Shown here: in pieces, positions 40,545 through 50,823 of the stretch
Position numbering within the stretch: the first letter of the stretch is position 1
Layout of the letters: every line of letters begins with the position of its first letter
Source: an uncultured Actinomycetota bacterium
GTDB lineage: Bacteria > Actinomycetota > Actinomycetes > JAHEKZ01
Reading direction: 5' to 3'
Assembly: GCA_963718235.1 (NCBI GenBank)
Contig: CAVQYR010000001.1
Span: forward strand, 480,001-544,000
Length of the DNA: 64,000 bases
Made by a program: the position numbers and the translations under genes
Notes under the pieces: generated by a model
Seen by the model: only the letters and a program-made list of their open reading frames with translations
Database searches by the model: none
What the model was told of the DNA's origin: nothing

Positions 40545-41641
40545 CGGTTCCGCGCACCTTCCGGTAGTACTCGTTGAACTGGTGCACGTAGTCGTCCTTC
40601 GCGGGGTAGACGCCGTGGTCGAACCCGCGGGACCGAACGCCCTTCTGGACCTTCTCCGAGACGGCGTAGTCCTGGCCGGCCACGAGCTCACAGAAGTCGA
40701 CGACGGGCGCCGGGTCGAAGTCGTCAGCGGCGATGTCCTCGGGGAGGAAGAGGTACTCGGTGTGCACCCGGGTCTGGAGTGGACCCTCCGGCACGAGTCG
40801 GGTCGCGACGGCGTTGCTGCCGGCGATGTCGATGAACATGTTGGGGAAGACCTGGCTGCCGAAGATCGAGTGGGTCTGCTCCTCGGTCATGTTGGGGAGC
40901 ACCGCGCGGCGAGCACGCTGGTCGTCGGAGTAGCTGGTGCCGCCGGTCTTGAGCGCGACGCCACCGTCGGACCGCCCGGGCTCGAAGACGACGCCCTTCT
41001 TGTAGGCGGGTACGACCTCGACGAGCTCGGGGTGGACGATCGGGCAGTGCAGGCACTCGTTGTAGTTCTCGATCAGGATCTTCCAGTTGGCCGCCACGAC
41101 GCTCTCGGTGCGGTGCACCGTGCGCAGCTGAGCGAGGTCGTGGATCTCGAACCGGATCGGGGAGTCGTAGTGGGCGTCGAGTGACTCACGCAACGGGGTC
41201 GGGGTCTCGCGGTCGAGGTTGACGAAGACGAAGCCCTGCCACTCGTCGACGTGCACCTGGCGCAGCGACAGCGAGGAGCGGTCGACCTCGTCGGCGTCCA
41301 CCCGAGGGGTTGCCACGAGTGCTCCGTCGAGGTCGTAGCACCAGGCGTGGTACGGACACTGGAAGACGGCCTTCGTGCTGCCCCGCTCGTCCTCGCAGAG
41401 CAGGGAGCCGCGGTGTCGGCACACGTTGTAAAAGGCGCGCAGCTGACCCGACTCGTTGCGGGTCACCAGGACGCTCTCACCGGCGACGTCGACCGTGAAG
41501 AACTGCGCCGGCCTCGCCGGCCTGCTCACTGCGTCCCGCGTACACCCACTGTCGGAACCAGATCTGCTCCTGCTCGAGGGCGTAGGTCTGGTCGTCGTAG
41601 TACTCGTGCGCTGGAAGGGTGCGTCGGGCCGCGGTGCTCAT
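40537..41641 (-). CDS. Rieske non-heme iron oxygenase alpha subunit (GbcA/choline monooxygenase-like); frameshift near 41510
   Basis: CRHRG...CPYHAW Rieske motif; ANWKILIENYNECLHCPIVHPEL; GGAGGAG RBS before ATG 41641. Confidence 0.88.
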
Positions 41642-41655
41642 GTCTCCTCCGAAGT

Positions 41656-41677
41656 TGACCGACTGAACAGTCAGTCA
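41656..41677. promoter_or_regulatory. Palindromic operator candidate (TetR-like)
   Basis: TGACCGACTG-AA-CAGTCAGTCA (one mismatch) immediately upstream of the Rieske gene RBS. Confidence 0.55.
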
Positions 41678-41756
41678 GTGAACGCCCACGATACCTCGGG
41701 TGACCGACACACGTACAGCCTTCGGGCCGGAACCGACCGCGTGGCATCGTCGTCCC

Positions 41757-42584
41757 ATGCACATGAAGCGACTCGTCAAGCCACTGGTGATCCTGTTCGG
41801 ACTCACCCTGGTGCTGGGTGCGTGCGGCCAGGCGGATGAAGACACCGGTGCGGATGGGGTGACCATGGCCCAGCTCGACGGACGGACCTTCATCGCGACG
41901 GACGGCACCAAGAGCGGTGAGCCGTTCACCGTCGTCGACGGCTCAACCCTCAGGGTCTCCTTCTCCGACGGGCAGATTGCGGCGAACGCGGGCTGCAACA
42001 ACATGGGTGGGGCCGTCTCGCTGGACGGCGACGTCCTGGTGGTCGACGGTGGGCTCATCCAGACCGAGATGGCCTGCAGTGAGCCGCTCATGCGGCAGGA
42101 GCAGTGGTTCTCGACCTTCCTGAGCTCCAAGCCCACGGTCCGCCTCGACGGTGTCACGCTGACGCTGACCCAGGGGACCGACGAGGTGGTCTTCTCCGAG
42201 CAGCAGCCACCGGCCGACCAACCGCTCGTCTCCACGACGTGGCAGCTCGACGGGATCATCAAGGGCGCCGGTGCTCAGGGCAGCGTCTCCAGCGTTCCCG
42301 TGGGGATCGCGGCAACCGTGCAGTTCGACGAGTCCGGTCGGGTCAGCATGTACGCCGGCTGCAACCGGATGAGCGGCCAGTACACGGAAGCCGGCGGCAG
42401 CCATGACGTTGAAGCGCGATGGGGTCGACCAAGATGGCGTGCAGCCCGCCCGAAGGGCGACGGTCGAGGCGGCGATGCTCTCGGTCCTGGACGAGGGTGA
42501 GACGTCGAATACTTGATCGACGGCGACACGCTGACCCTCACCCGCGGTGACGCCGGGTTGGTGCTCAAGGCTGCAGGGGAGTAG
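41757..42584 (+). CDS. META/HslJ-domain lipoprotein (two domains); frameshift(s) near 42400-42460
   Basis: Lipobox VLGAC; AGCNNM...TEMAC and AGCNRM; C-terminal EYLIDGDTLTLTRGDAGLVLKA in another frame. Confidence 0.75.
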
Positions 42585-43392
42585 CGAGCAGCCGCGGCGC
42601 GGTGTCCTTGGGCTCGACGCCGTCACCGCTGGAGACACCGCGCAGCCTTCGGCCCAGCCACGGCGCAAGGTGGGTGCGCGCCCAGTGCGCGTCCTCGAGC
42701 ACGGCCTGACGACGTGCCATCGGAGCCTGCGGCGGAAGTGGCTGGGACCACCACGCCGGGTCGCAACCGGCGGCGCTCGACTCGGCGCCGCTGAGCACGT
42801 GCCAGACCAGGGCGGCGACCCGGCGGTGTCCCTCCGGTCCCAGGTGCAGCCGGTCGGCGTCCCACATCCGTCGGTCGCCGAGCGCCGGCAGCGCTGCCTG
42901 GTCGACCAGGTTCGCTTCGTATCGCCCGGCCGTCGCGCGGATGGAGTCGTTGAATCGGCCGAACCGGTCGGCCAGTCGGCTCGCCGTGCGACCCGTGCCC
43001 CCCGCACGCTCGATGACCGTGAACAGCAGGACGCTGACACCACGGTCGGAGAGCAGACGCACCGCCCGGTCGTAGCGGTTGGCCAGGTCGTGCAGGTCGA
43101 CCCGGGGGCGCAGCGCGTCGTTCGGCCCGCCGTGGAAGGAGACGAGCGTGGTCGGTGGGTCATCGATCATCCGAAGGGCCGGAACGAGCTGCTCGACGAC
43201 GACCTGGTCCAGCAGCTTTCCCCGTACGGCCAGGTTGGCGTAGCGCACCGACCCGTTCGTCGCGGCCAGGGTCTCGACCACGCGGTCGGCCCAGCCGCGG
43301 TAGTGCCCGTCGGGTCGCAGCTCGTCGCTCATGCCCTCGGTGAACGAGTCGCCAAGGGCGAGGAACAGCGAGCAAGGGACTGGTGTGGGCAC
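42565..43392 (-). CDS. SGNH/GDSL hydrolase
   Basis: ALGDSFTEG, YANLAVRG, GGPND, DRLHL. Confidence 0.9.
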   Translation of the reverse strand: MPTPVPCSLFLALGDSFTEGMSDELRPDGHYRGWADRVVETLAATNGSVRYANLAVRGKLLDQVVVEQLVPALRMIDDPPTTLVSFHGGPNDALRPRVDLHDLANRYDRAVRLLSDRGVSVLLFTVIERAGGTGRTASRLADRFGRFNDSIRATAGRYEANLVDQAALPALGDRRMWDADRLHLGPEGHRRVAALVWHVLSGAESSAAGCDPAWWSQPLPPQAPMARRQAVLEDAHWARTHLAPWLGRRLRGVSSGDGVEPKDTAPRLLATPLQP

Positions 43393-43553
43393 ACCGTCAC
43401 GGTAGACGGCCCGGGAATCCCGCGACCGCATCCGGCCTCCGGTACCTAAGGCCCTGGCTGGTCCCAGCAGCCCTGGCTAGCGTGAAAGCGGGCCCGAACT
43501 CGGCGGTTCTCGGGTTTGGGCGGCCAGGGGGCCTAGAGGCTGAGGGAGTCGTC

Positions 43554-44585
43554 ATGACGAGCAGTCAGAGGATTCGGGTCGTCACCGGTGGGGTCGTCTG
43601 GGGCCTGGGCATGGCTCTGGCCGCAACGTTCGTCGCAGCCCCAGTTCAAGCATCGGCGGGACAGGGGGTCGTTCCCCCGCCACCGAGCAGTCTCGTGGTC
43701 AAGGCGAGGGATCTGGGAACGCTCCCCGGGGACTACTCGAGCGCTGCCACCGACATCAACGGCAGCGGGCTCGTCGTCGGCTACAGCTCCTCCGTCTCGA
43801 ACGTGACTCACGCCGCCTTGTGGCGCAGAGGAGTTGTGGTCCGCCTGCCCAGCCCTGGGAGCGAACAGGCCGAGGCCTTCGGCGTGAACGACCGTGGCTT
43901 CGTGGTCGGACGAGTCGGTGCCACTGCGGCCCTGTGGATGCGCGGGAAGCTCATTCGTCTCCAGCCACTTCCGGGAGGAGTCGGCAGCCGCGCCGAGGAC
44001 ATCTCGAACCGCGGACTCATCGTCGGCTACAGCGTCGACGCCGGCGGACATCCGGTTCCGGTGACGTGGTCGTGCGGCCGGGTGCGGGCCCTGGCTCTTC
44101 CTGTGGGTCGTACGGGCGGGCACGCTGACGGAGTGAGCAACTCCGGGCTCGTCGTCGGTGCGGCCGGGCCGGCGCTCAAGTGGACCCGTGGGGTTCCGAG
44201 CGAGCTGGGTCCGCTGGAAGGTGACCTTGGGGGCGTGGCCAGGTCCGTGAACGACCGCGGAGTGGCTGTTGGGTTCAGCTCGAGCAGCACGACGTGGCCG
44301 GTGGTCTGGAAAGGCTCGGCGCCCGCCGCGCTCCAGACCCCGGAAGGGACGACTGCCGGTACCGCCGAGTCCATCAACCGCTGGGGGAACGTCGTGGGCT
44401 GGCTGTCGGTGTCGGGAATGTCGCACCCGGCGCTCTGGTGGCACGGTACGTACGTCGACCTCGGCCCCGCCGGCCGTAGCGGGTACGCCTACGCGATCAA
44501 CGACTACGGGCGAGTCGTCGGGTGGTCGAGCTACGGCGCCACTCTGCATGCCACGCTCTGGAAGGTGACGACACCCGGCACATAG
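43554..44585 (+). CDS. Secreted HAF-repeat protein
   Basis: Signal peptide; repeated S-x-A-x-[DG]-[IV]-N-x-x-G-x-[VI]-V-G...HAALW units. Confidence 0.8.
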   Translation: MTSSQRIRVVTGGVVWGLGMALAATFVAAPVQASAGQGVVPPPPSSLVVKARDLGTLPGDYSSAATDINGSGLVVGYSSSVSNVTHAALWRRGVVVRLPSPGSEQAEAFGVNDRGFVVGRVGATAALWMRGKLIRLQPLPGGVGSRAEDISNRGLIVGYSVDAGGHPVPVTWSCGRVRALALPVGRTGGHADGVSNSGLVVGAAGPALKWTRGVPSELGPLEGDLGGVARSVNDRGVAVGFSSSSTTWPVVWKGSAPAALQTPEGTTAGTAESINRWGNVVGWLSVSGMSHPALWWHGTYVDLGPAGRSGYAYAINDYGRVVGWSSYGATLHATLWKVTTPGT

Positions 44586-44696
44586 ACCGACCGGTCGTTG
44601 CGCGAGCATGATCAGGTGGACCTGTCCTCTCACTCGCCCCCCGTGGAGACCTGTTAATCCCTTGCGCCCGGCGCGGGATTGTTGGACGTTGGGCAC

Positions 44697-45695
44697 ATGG
44701 GTTCGCTGCGCGCCGCGCTCGACCGGGAGGCCGAGAGAACGCTTTTCTCGGGCGTGGTGCGGGTCGACCGCGACGGCGCGACCGAGATGATGGCGTACGG
44801 CCACGCTGATCGCGCGTACAGCATCGGGATGACGACCGCTCACCAACTGGGGACCGCGAGCGTGACCAAGGGTTTCACCGCCCTGACGATCCTCAGCATC
44901 GTGGCCGCCGGCGACCTCGAGCTAGCGACGCCGGCGCGCTCGGTGCTCGGCTCCGACCTGCTGCTCGTCGACGACGAGGTCACCGTCGAGCAACTGCTGA
45001 GCCACAGGTCCGGCATTGCTGACTACTTCGACGAGTGGTCGGCGACGAGCAGCGACGACTACGTCATGCCGGTGCCGGTGCACCAGCTCGCGACCAGCGA
45101 GGACTACCTGCCGCTTCTCGACGGCCGGGCACCGGTCTCGGCACCGGGAGCCACGTTCGAGTACAACAACGGGGGCTTCGTCCTTCTCGCGCTCATCGCC
45201 GAGCGCGTGGCCCAGCTGCCGTTCCACGACCTTGTCGCCGAGCGCGTATGGAAGCCAGCCGGCATGGTGCGCACCGCGTTCCTGCGGTCCGACGCTCTGC
45301 CCGGCACGGCAGCGGTGGGTTATCTGGACACTGAGGGACTGCGCACCAATGTGCTGCACCTTCCGGTCCGTGGCAGCGGCGACGGAGGAGCATTCACGAC
45401 TGTCGCGGACATGAGCGCGTTCTGGGATGCGCTCCTCGCTGGCCGTATCGTCCCGGAGCGGTGGGTGGCCGAGATGCTGGTGCCGCGACAGGCGCCAGCC
45501 GGAACGGAGCTCGGCTACGGCCTCGGCGTCTGGCTGCACGCCGGTGGCGTCCTCGAGCTGCACGGGTACGACGCAGGCGTTTCGTATCGGTCGATGCACG
45601 ACCCTGCTTCGGCCAGCACCTGGACGGTCGGGTCCAACACGAGCGGCGGTTCGTGGCCTATGGAGGCGATCCTCGTTGCCGACCTCCCGCCGTGA
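44697..45695 (+). CDS. Serine hydrolase, beta-lactamase family
   Basis: FSGVV, ASVTKG (SxxK), QLLSHRSG, PGATFEYNN, GDGGAFTT, YGLG. Confidence 0.88.
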   Translation: MGSLRAALDREAERTLFSGVVRVDRDGATEMMAYGHADRAYSIGMTTAHQLGTASVTKGFTALTILSIVAAGDLELATPARSVLGSDLLLVDDEVTVEQLLSHRSGIADYFDEWSATSSDDYVMPVPVHQLATSEDYLPLLDGRAPVSAPGATFEYNNGGFVLLALIAERVAQLPFHDLVAERVWKPAGMVRTAFLRSDALPGTAAVGYLDTEGLRTNVLHLPVRGSGDGGAFTTVADMSAFWDALLAGRIVPERWVAEMLVPRQAPAGTELGYGLGVWLHAGGVLELHGYDAGVSYRSMHDPASASTWTVGSNTSGGSWPMEAILVADLPP

Positions 45696-45855
45696 CGGGA
45701 TGCAGCTCCAATCCTGCTGAATGCCGAAGATTGCCAGGGTCGGGTACAGCCAAGAAGACCATCGGGCACATCTGCGCTTGCCCGGCCCGTGCCGATCACC
45801 GGCACATCGCGCCACGATCACCGGCATGTCCAGATCTATGGGCCGCACTCCCGCG

Positions 45856-46231
45856 ATGCGGTTGACTGGATCTGTGCCAGTCGAGCCTGCGGCGTCCCGG
45901 TGGGGTGTGGCACTTGACCGCCCGTCCACGCGCCGATGGCTCTGGTTCGTCGCCTGGGTTGCGGTGGGGGCCATGGTGCCCATGGTTGTCCTGGGCGCTT
46001 TCACCATCGGCATCTTGTTCATCCCGGTCGCCGGGGTGCTGACATTGATCCTGCTCAGCCGTCGCGCCTCCTGGGTTGGCTTGCCAGGACTGATCACGGG
46101 CATCGGAGTGCCTCTGCTGGTGTTGGTAGGAGTGGGCCCCGTGGCCGTTTCTGCTGGTCAGCCTTGGACTCCTCATCGGCGGCATCGTCGTGTTCACCAG
46201 GCAGCGACCCAAGCCACCTGCCCCCGACTGA
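45856..46231 (+). CDS. Small membrane protein, probably frameshifted near 46140
   Basis: Three TM segments in ORF 45721-46266; a fourth (WPFLLVSLGLLIGGIVVF) continues in another frame to TGA ~46231. Confidence 0.5.
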
Positions 46232-46452
46232 TACCCCGACCCAGTGCAACCCGGAGGCCCTCGTGAGTGGGACGGTCGCTCCCGCACCGGCTAAGCCCTG
46301 AACGCCAACGAGAACGGCACATCGACGTGGCGACCGCCCCTTGAGACCGCGTTTCGCCTCGCTTCGTGGGCCACGCCTTTGTGTCCGTGTGGTGAGCGCG
46401 AACACGACGCTCTCCGTTGGCGGGGAGCCGGTACCGCGTCTAGCGTTGAGAC

Positions 46453-47376
46453 ATGAGAGCCATGGCCTATGACGCGTACGGTTCCGACGACGCTTTGACC
46501 TTGCGGGACATGCCCGATCCGAAGGTGGGTCCAGGCGAAGTGCGCATCCGGGTGAGACGCGCCGGAGTGAATCCGGTCGACTGGAAGGTGATGTCCGGTG
46601 GGCTGGATGGCCTCATGGACGCCGTCTTCCCGGTCATCCCCGGCTGGGATGTCGCCGGAACGGTCGAGACAGTCGGCATCGACGCCCCAGAGTTCGAGGT
46701 CGGCGACGAAGTCGTGGCATACGCACGCAAGGACGTGGTCCACGGCGGCACCTTCGCCGAACTGGTGACGATGAGCGTCCGGGGCGTGGCTCGCAAGGCG
46801 GAAGCGTTGAGTTGGGACGAGGCGGGCGGCCTCCCGCTCGCCGGGCTGACAGCCCTCCAGACGCTCGACCGGTTGACCGTCTCCGCCGCGGATACGGTTC
46901 TCGTGCACGGCGGAGCAGGGGGTGTCGGCGCCCTCGCCATCCAGATCGCCAAGGCGCGCGGCGCCCGTGTGATCGCCACCGCGTCGCCGGCCAACCACGA
47001 GTTCCTCTCCGGCCTCGGGGCCACGCCGGTCGCGTATGGCGACGGCGTCGTGCAGCGCATCCTCGAGGTTGCGCAGGACGGTGTCGACGTCGTCGCTGAC
47101 TTCGTGGGCGGGGTTCGCGACGTCACAATGGCCGTGCTCGCCACTGGCGGAAGGCACGCCTCCATCGCCGACGCTTCGGTGCTGGAGACCGGAGGCTCGT
47201 GGTTCTGGGTGCGGCCCTCGTCCGAGGGCCTGGCCGAGCTCGGTCAGCTGGCAGACGCCGGGCAGCTGTACGTCCCGGTTGCCGACGTCCTACCTTTGGA
47301 GGAGCTGACCGCTGCTTTCGCGCGCAGCCGGGAGGGTCATGTGCGCGGCAAGCTCGTCATCTCCGTCGCGGACTGA
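46453..47376 (+). CDS. NADP-dependent MDR/quinone oxidoreductase-like protein
   Basis: AGVNPVDWK, PGWDVAG, LAGLTALQ, HGGAGGVG, GHVRGKLVI. Confidence 0.92.
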   Translation: MRAMAYDAYGSDDALTLRDMPDPKVGPGEVRIRVRRAGVNPVDWKVMSGGLDGLMDAVFPVIPGWDVAGTVETVGIDAPEFEVGDEVVAYARKDVVHGGTFAELVTMSVRGVARKAEALSWDEAGGLPLAGLTALQTLDRLTVSAADTVLVHGGAGGVGALAIQIAKARGARVIATASPANHEFLSGLGATPVAYGDGVVQRILEVAQDGVDVVADFVGGVRDVTMAVLATGGRHASIADASVLETGGSWFWVRPSSEGLAELGQLADAGQLYVPVADVLPLEELTAAFARSREGHVRGKLVISVAD

Positions 47377-47429
47377 AGTGCCGTAGAACGGCACTCGGCG
47401 GCAGAGCGGTTAGGCCAGGGTGTAGTCGA

Positions 47430-47840
47430 TCATCGGTAGGGGAGGTAGTCGATGCGGGTCGCGCGTCGCCGCCACCCTGGAAGGGGCCAGACGTTGTGCC
47501 AGGTACGGCTGACTGCGGTGCCGTCGCGCTCCTCAACGCAACCGCCCCGCCCCAGGTGGTAGGCGGTGGCTCTGCCCGCGACTGCTATGTCGAGGGTGTG
47601 CTCAACCGCCGGGCGGTCCCTGCTCGCGTCCTCTCCGAGTACTGCCGGGGCTGAGGCTGGGTCATCCAGGCGCACAGTTCCTGTTCCACCGATACCGAGG
47701 TACAGCACGACCCCTACTGATCCGGGGTTGTTGGGCTGGAGTCGGCAGGTGGACGAGCCGTCCTCGTCCGTGACCTCTAGGACTGCACAGTCAGGGAGTT
47801 GCGCGGCGCGTTCCTCGGAGTAGCTGCGCAGCTGCGACAT
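47430..47840 (-). CDS. Hypothetical protein
   Basis: Open frame from ATG 47840 filling the gap between two repeat sites; no recognisable motif. Confidence 0.5.
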   Translation of the reverse strand: MSQLRSYSEERAAQLPDCAVLEVTDEDGSSTCRLQPNNPGSVGVVLYLGIGGTGTVRLDDPASAPAVLGEDASRDRPAVEHTLDIAVAGRATAYHLGRGGCVEERDGTAVSRTWHNVWPLPGWRRRATRIDYLPYR

Positions 47841-47996
47841 GAGGACACGATTCGGGGAAGCCGTGGACCGTTCGTCGCATACCAACGCGAGCGAGATCGG
47901 CACGTCTGCTCGCGTTTCGGAGGGATGCGACCACCTGTCCAGCGTCATCCCGAGTGAGGATCCGCCTGCCTCCGGGTCCCGTGCCCCGGCGCGCCT

Positions 47997-48677
47997 TCAC
48001 GACTGCTCGGCGTCCGCGACCCCGAACTGTGTCCACTGCCCCTCGGAGATCACCTCGACGGAGCCGTCGACGACCTTGATGGCCGTCTGCTCGTCGATGG
48101 CGTAGGCGGGGATGCCGAGGTCAGCCGCCCACCGCTCCGCGTTGGCCAGGGTGTTGTCGGGGAAGGCGTTCAGGTGCGGGAAGATCGAGAAGTCGACGAC
48201 TCCCAACGTGCGGTCGTCCGGCGCGGACGGCCACTCCACGAAGGCCGCACCGACCCTCGGCGTCATCACCATGCTCCCAGCGCTCACCCCGACCCAGGCC
48301 TTGTCCGACAGCGTCGGCAGCAGGTCCGCTAACCCTGACTCGCGCATCCAATGGCACAGGTACGTCGCGTCACCGCCGTCGACAAGTAGCACGTCGGCCT
48401 CTCTGACCCATGGCACCCACCGCTCGGGCCCGATCGTGGGCAGTGCGGTGAGCTCGAGGACGCCAAGGGACGCCCAGCCCAAGCCGGACAGGTAACGGAA
48501 GTCGGGTTCGCACGCGACCAAGCCCCGCACCGATGTCGGGCCGCACATCGGGTGACCCCACTGCGCGGTCGGGACGCAGAGGGCGTGGCACTCCTCGACC
48601 GGCTTGCCAAGAAGTAGCACGAGCGCTGAGTGGATGGTTGGGTTCGTTACGCCCCCCGACGTAAGCAGCAGCTTCAT
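47997..48677 (-). CDS. Peptidase E / S51 family (type 1 GATase-like)
   Basis: MKLLLTSGG, VDGGDA, GVSAGSM, IFPHL, YAIDEQTAI. Confidence 0.88.
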   Translation of the reverse strand: MKLLLTSGGVTNPTIHSALVLLLGKPVEECHALCVPTAQWGHPMCGPTSVRGLVACEPDFRYLSGLGWASLGVLELTALPTIGPERWVPWVREADVLLVDGGDATYLCHWMRESGLADLLPTLSDKAWVGVSAGSMVMTPRVGAAFVEWPSAPDDRTLGVVDFSIFPHLNAFPDNTLANAERWAADLGIPAYAIDEQTAIKVVDGSVEVISEGQWTQFGVADAEQS

Positions 48678-48825
48678 GGTGCCTCCCGATTCGTGTGCGG
48701 GCTCGCAGACCGGCAGTAGCAGTCAAGCTCAAGTCAGACTCAGCCGACCGCGAATACATGTTCAACCGCGGGAGGCGATGCAGATCGGCACATAGAGGGC
48801 GGTTGTTCGCACCCAGGAGTGCCGT

Positions 48826-49233
48826 TCAGTTGATGATCTCGCTGCCATCTGCGCGAATCGCCGCCAACCGGTCCCGCCACTCCTGTAGGGCCGCCGGTGT
48901 CAGCCGCGTCCAGTCGGTCACCTCGCCAACGATCCTGAGTGCCTCTCCGCTGCGGTAGGACCGGGTTGGGTTACCGGGGAACTTCCTGTCGGTCACGTTC
49001 GGGTCGTCCTCGAACGCCCCAATCGGCTCAACGGCGTAGACCCGGGGAGCTGCGTCGCCTGGCGCGAGTTCCGCAGCGAGCCCCGCACCGTCACGCAGTG
49101 CAGTGAAGTAGATGTGGTTCATCAGGACTTCCGGTCGGTAGTTCGACCGGAAGCCCGGGATGAGGAGATCCCCCATCCCCAGGTCGGCTTTCGTTCCGTG
49201 GAAGAACGGCCCCTCATCCAGCACGTCGCTCAA
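48826..49233 (-). CDS. arr: NAD(+)-rifampin ADP-ribosyltransferase
   Basis: GPFFHGTKADL, NHIYFT, AAELA, VEPIGAFEDDPNVTDRKFPGNPTRSYRS; GGAGG RBS before TTG 49233. Confidence 0.95.
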   Translation of the reverse strand: MSDVLDEGPFFHGTKADLGMGDLLIPGFRSNYRPEVLMNHIYFTALRDGAGLAAELAPGDAAPRVYAVEPIGAFEDDPNVTDRKFPGNPTRSYRSGEALRIVGEVTDWTRLTPAALQEWRDRLAAIRADGSEIIN

Positions 49234-49361
49234 GGCCACTACCTCCGGGGACGAGACAAAGGTGCACTCGGACATCTTCGCGGATCATGCGAGAACCGAG
49301 CGCGATTTGCACATAGGCACGGCCTTGCCCAGTTCAGCCGTTACCGAGGATCATCCTCCGT

Positions 49362-49559
49362 ATGACATGGCGGCGATTCGCCCTCGGCGGACTCAGTTCC
49401 CTTGTGGCGCTCGTCGGCTATGTCGTGCTGTACCCGAGGCTTGTCGCTGCGGGCCATGCACCTCTGGACGCCCTCGGTTGGGCGCTGGCAGCTGCGTGTC
49501 TGGGCCTGTTCCTGGGCTCTCTCCTCATGGCGATCATGTCGCCGGCCAGGAGGCGCTGA
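49362..49559 (+). CDS. Small two-TM membrane protein
   Basis: 65 aa, two hydrophobic helices, basic tail. Confidence 0.55.
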   Translation: MTWRRFALGGLSSLVALVGYVVLYPRLVAAGHAPLDALGWALAAACLGLFLGSLLMAIMSPARRR

Positions 49560-49609
49560 CCCATCCCGTCCAGATCGGCACATCGGCGCGGCAGTGCCGG
49601 TGGTGACTG

Positions 49610-50071
49610 TCAATCGACAACTACTGGATCGTCGTCGGGGTTGAACACCGCTATCTCCTCGGGATCCAGGTCACAGGCGGTGGGGACCTCCAGAGCGATG
49701 TCAGCCGAGTCGGGGGCGTGGAAGCCACCCGCGCCTTGGACCGACTGACCCTCGGCGACCAGTGACCCGGACGGTAGCCGCACGACGAGCGGGTCAGCAT
49801 CGTCGAGCTCGGTGCCGCTCGGCCAGATGACCGCCACCACGCGATCCGGCGCGTATCCGAGCGCCAGGCCGACGCAGCCGTTGCGCAGGATCAGCGTTCC
49901 CGTGATCAGCGCGTCCTCCCCGCCACGCGGCAGCAGCGAGTCCTTGTGGACCATCAGGGTGACATCGCCTTCCGTCACAACCGTCTGCCCGCCACAAGCC
50001 GCGACGGTCGCCATGAGAACCACGGCGGCGCCCATGTAACCCGCCCGACGCCAATCAGCCGGTGCTCCCAT
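49610..50071 (-). CDS. Hypothetical lipoprotein
   Basis: Lipobox VAAC; DALITGTL...GCVGL...IWPSGT. Confidence 0.65.
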   Translation of the reverse strand: MGAPADWRRAGYMGAAVVLMATVAACGGQTVVTEGDVTLMVHKDSLLPRGGEDALITGTLILRNGCVGLALGYAPDRVVAVIWPSGTELDDADPLVVRLPSGSLVAEGQSVQGAGGFHAPDSADIALEVPTACDLDPEEIAVFNPDDDPVVVD

Positions 50072-50173
50072 AAGGGTCAGAATGCCGGATTGGGTGCAGG
50101 AAGGCGATCGAGAACGGCACCTCGGTGCGCCGGGCTCGGACTGGTTTCGTCGGGTCGTGGATAGCATCAGACG

Positions 50174-50779
50174 ATGTCCTTCGATGCCGTCATCTTCGAC
50201 CTTGGTGGCGTGCTCATCGACTATCAAGGAGTCGAACCGCTGAAGGTTCTCGCCGGCATTCAGGACGAGCAAGAGTTGTGGCGGCGCTGGCTCAGCTGCG
50301 AGTGGGTTCGCCGCTTCGAGCGGGGCCAGTGCTTGCCGGCGGAGTTCGCGAGTGGGGTTGTCGCCGATTGGGACCTTGGCGTGACCCCGGATGTGTTCCT
50401 GGCCCAGTTCCGGAGCTGGGTCCACGGGACGATCCCGGGTGCTGATGCCTTGGTCGCGGCCGTGCGGACCGAGGTTCCGGTGGCGTGCCTGAGCAATACC
50501 AACAGCCTGCACTGGCTCGACGGGGCATCGCAGTGGCCCTTCGTCGACCTGCTCGACCATGTCTTCTTGTCGTTCCAGCTGGGGATGGTCAAGCCCGACC
50601 GGGAGATCTTCGACCACGTCAGCCGGCAACTAGGGGCACCGGGCCGACGGCTGCTGTTCCTGGACGACAACACCTTGAACGTCGAGGCGGCAGTCGATGC
50701 TGGGTGGATCGCGGCAAAGGTGGACGGGGTGAATCAGGCCACGCAGGCACTCGCCCACCATGGGGTCCTACCCAGATGA
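50174..50779 (+). CDS. HAD-superfamily phosphatase
   Basis: FDLGGVL, LSNTN, KPD, FLDD. Confidence 0.92.
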   Translation: MSFDAVIFDLGGVLIDYQGVEPLKVLAGIQDEQELWRRWLSCEWVRRFERGQCLPAEFASGVVADWDLGVTPDVFLAQFRSWVHGTIPGADALVAAVRTEVPVACLSNTNSLHWLDGASQWPFVDLLDHVFLSFQLGMVKPDREIFDHVSRQLGAPGRRLLFLDDNTLNVEAAVDAGWIAAKVDGVNQATQALAHHGVLPR

Positions 50780-50823
50780 CCGCACCTGTCCTCCGACGCA
50801 CATAGCGGCACTTCGGGGCGGCG

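Noticed and set aside
41720-41733. CTTCGGGCCGGAAC as a sixth MarR operator
   Set aside because: Two mismatches, GC-rich, 12 kb from the cluster, and a different, better palindrome sits nearer the Rieske gene; chance cannot be excluded.
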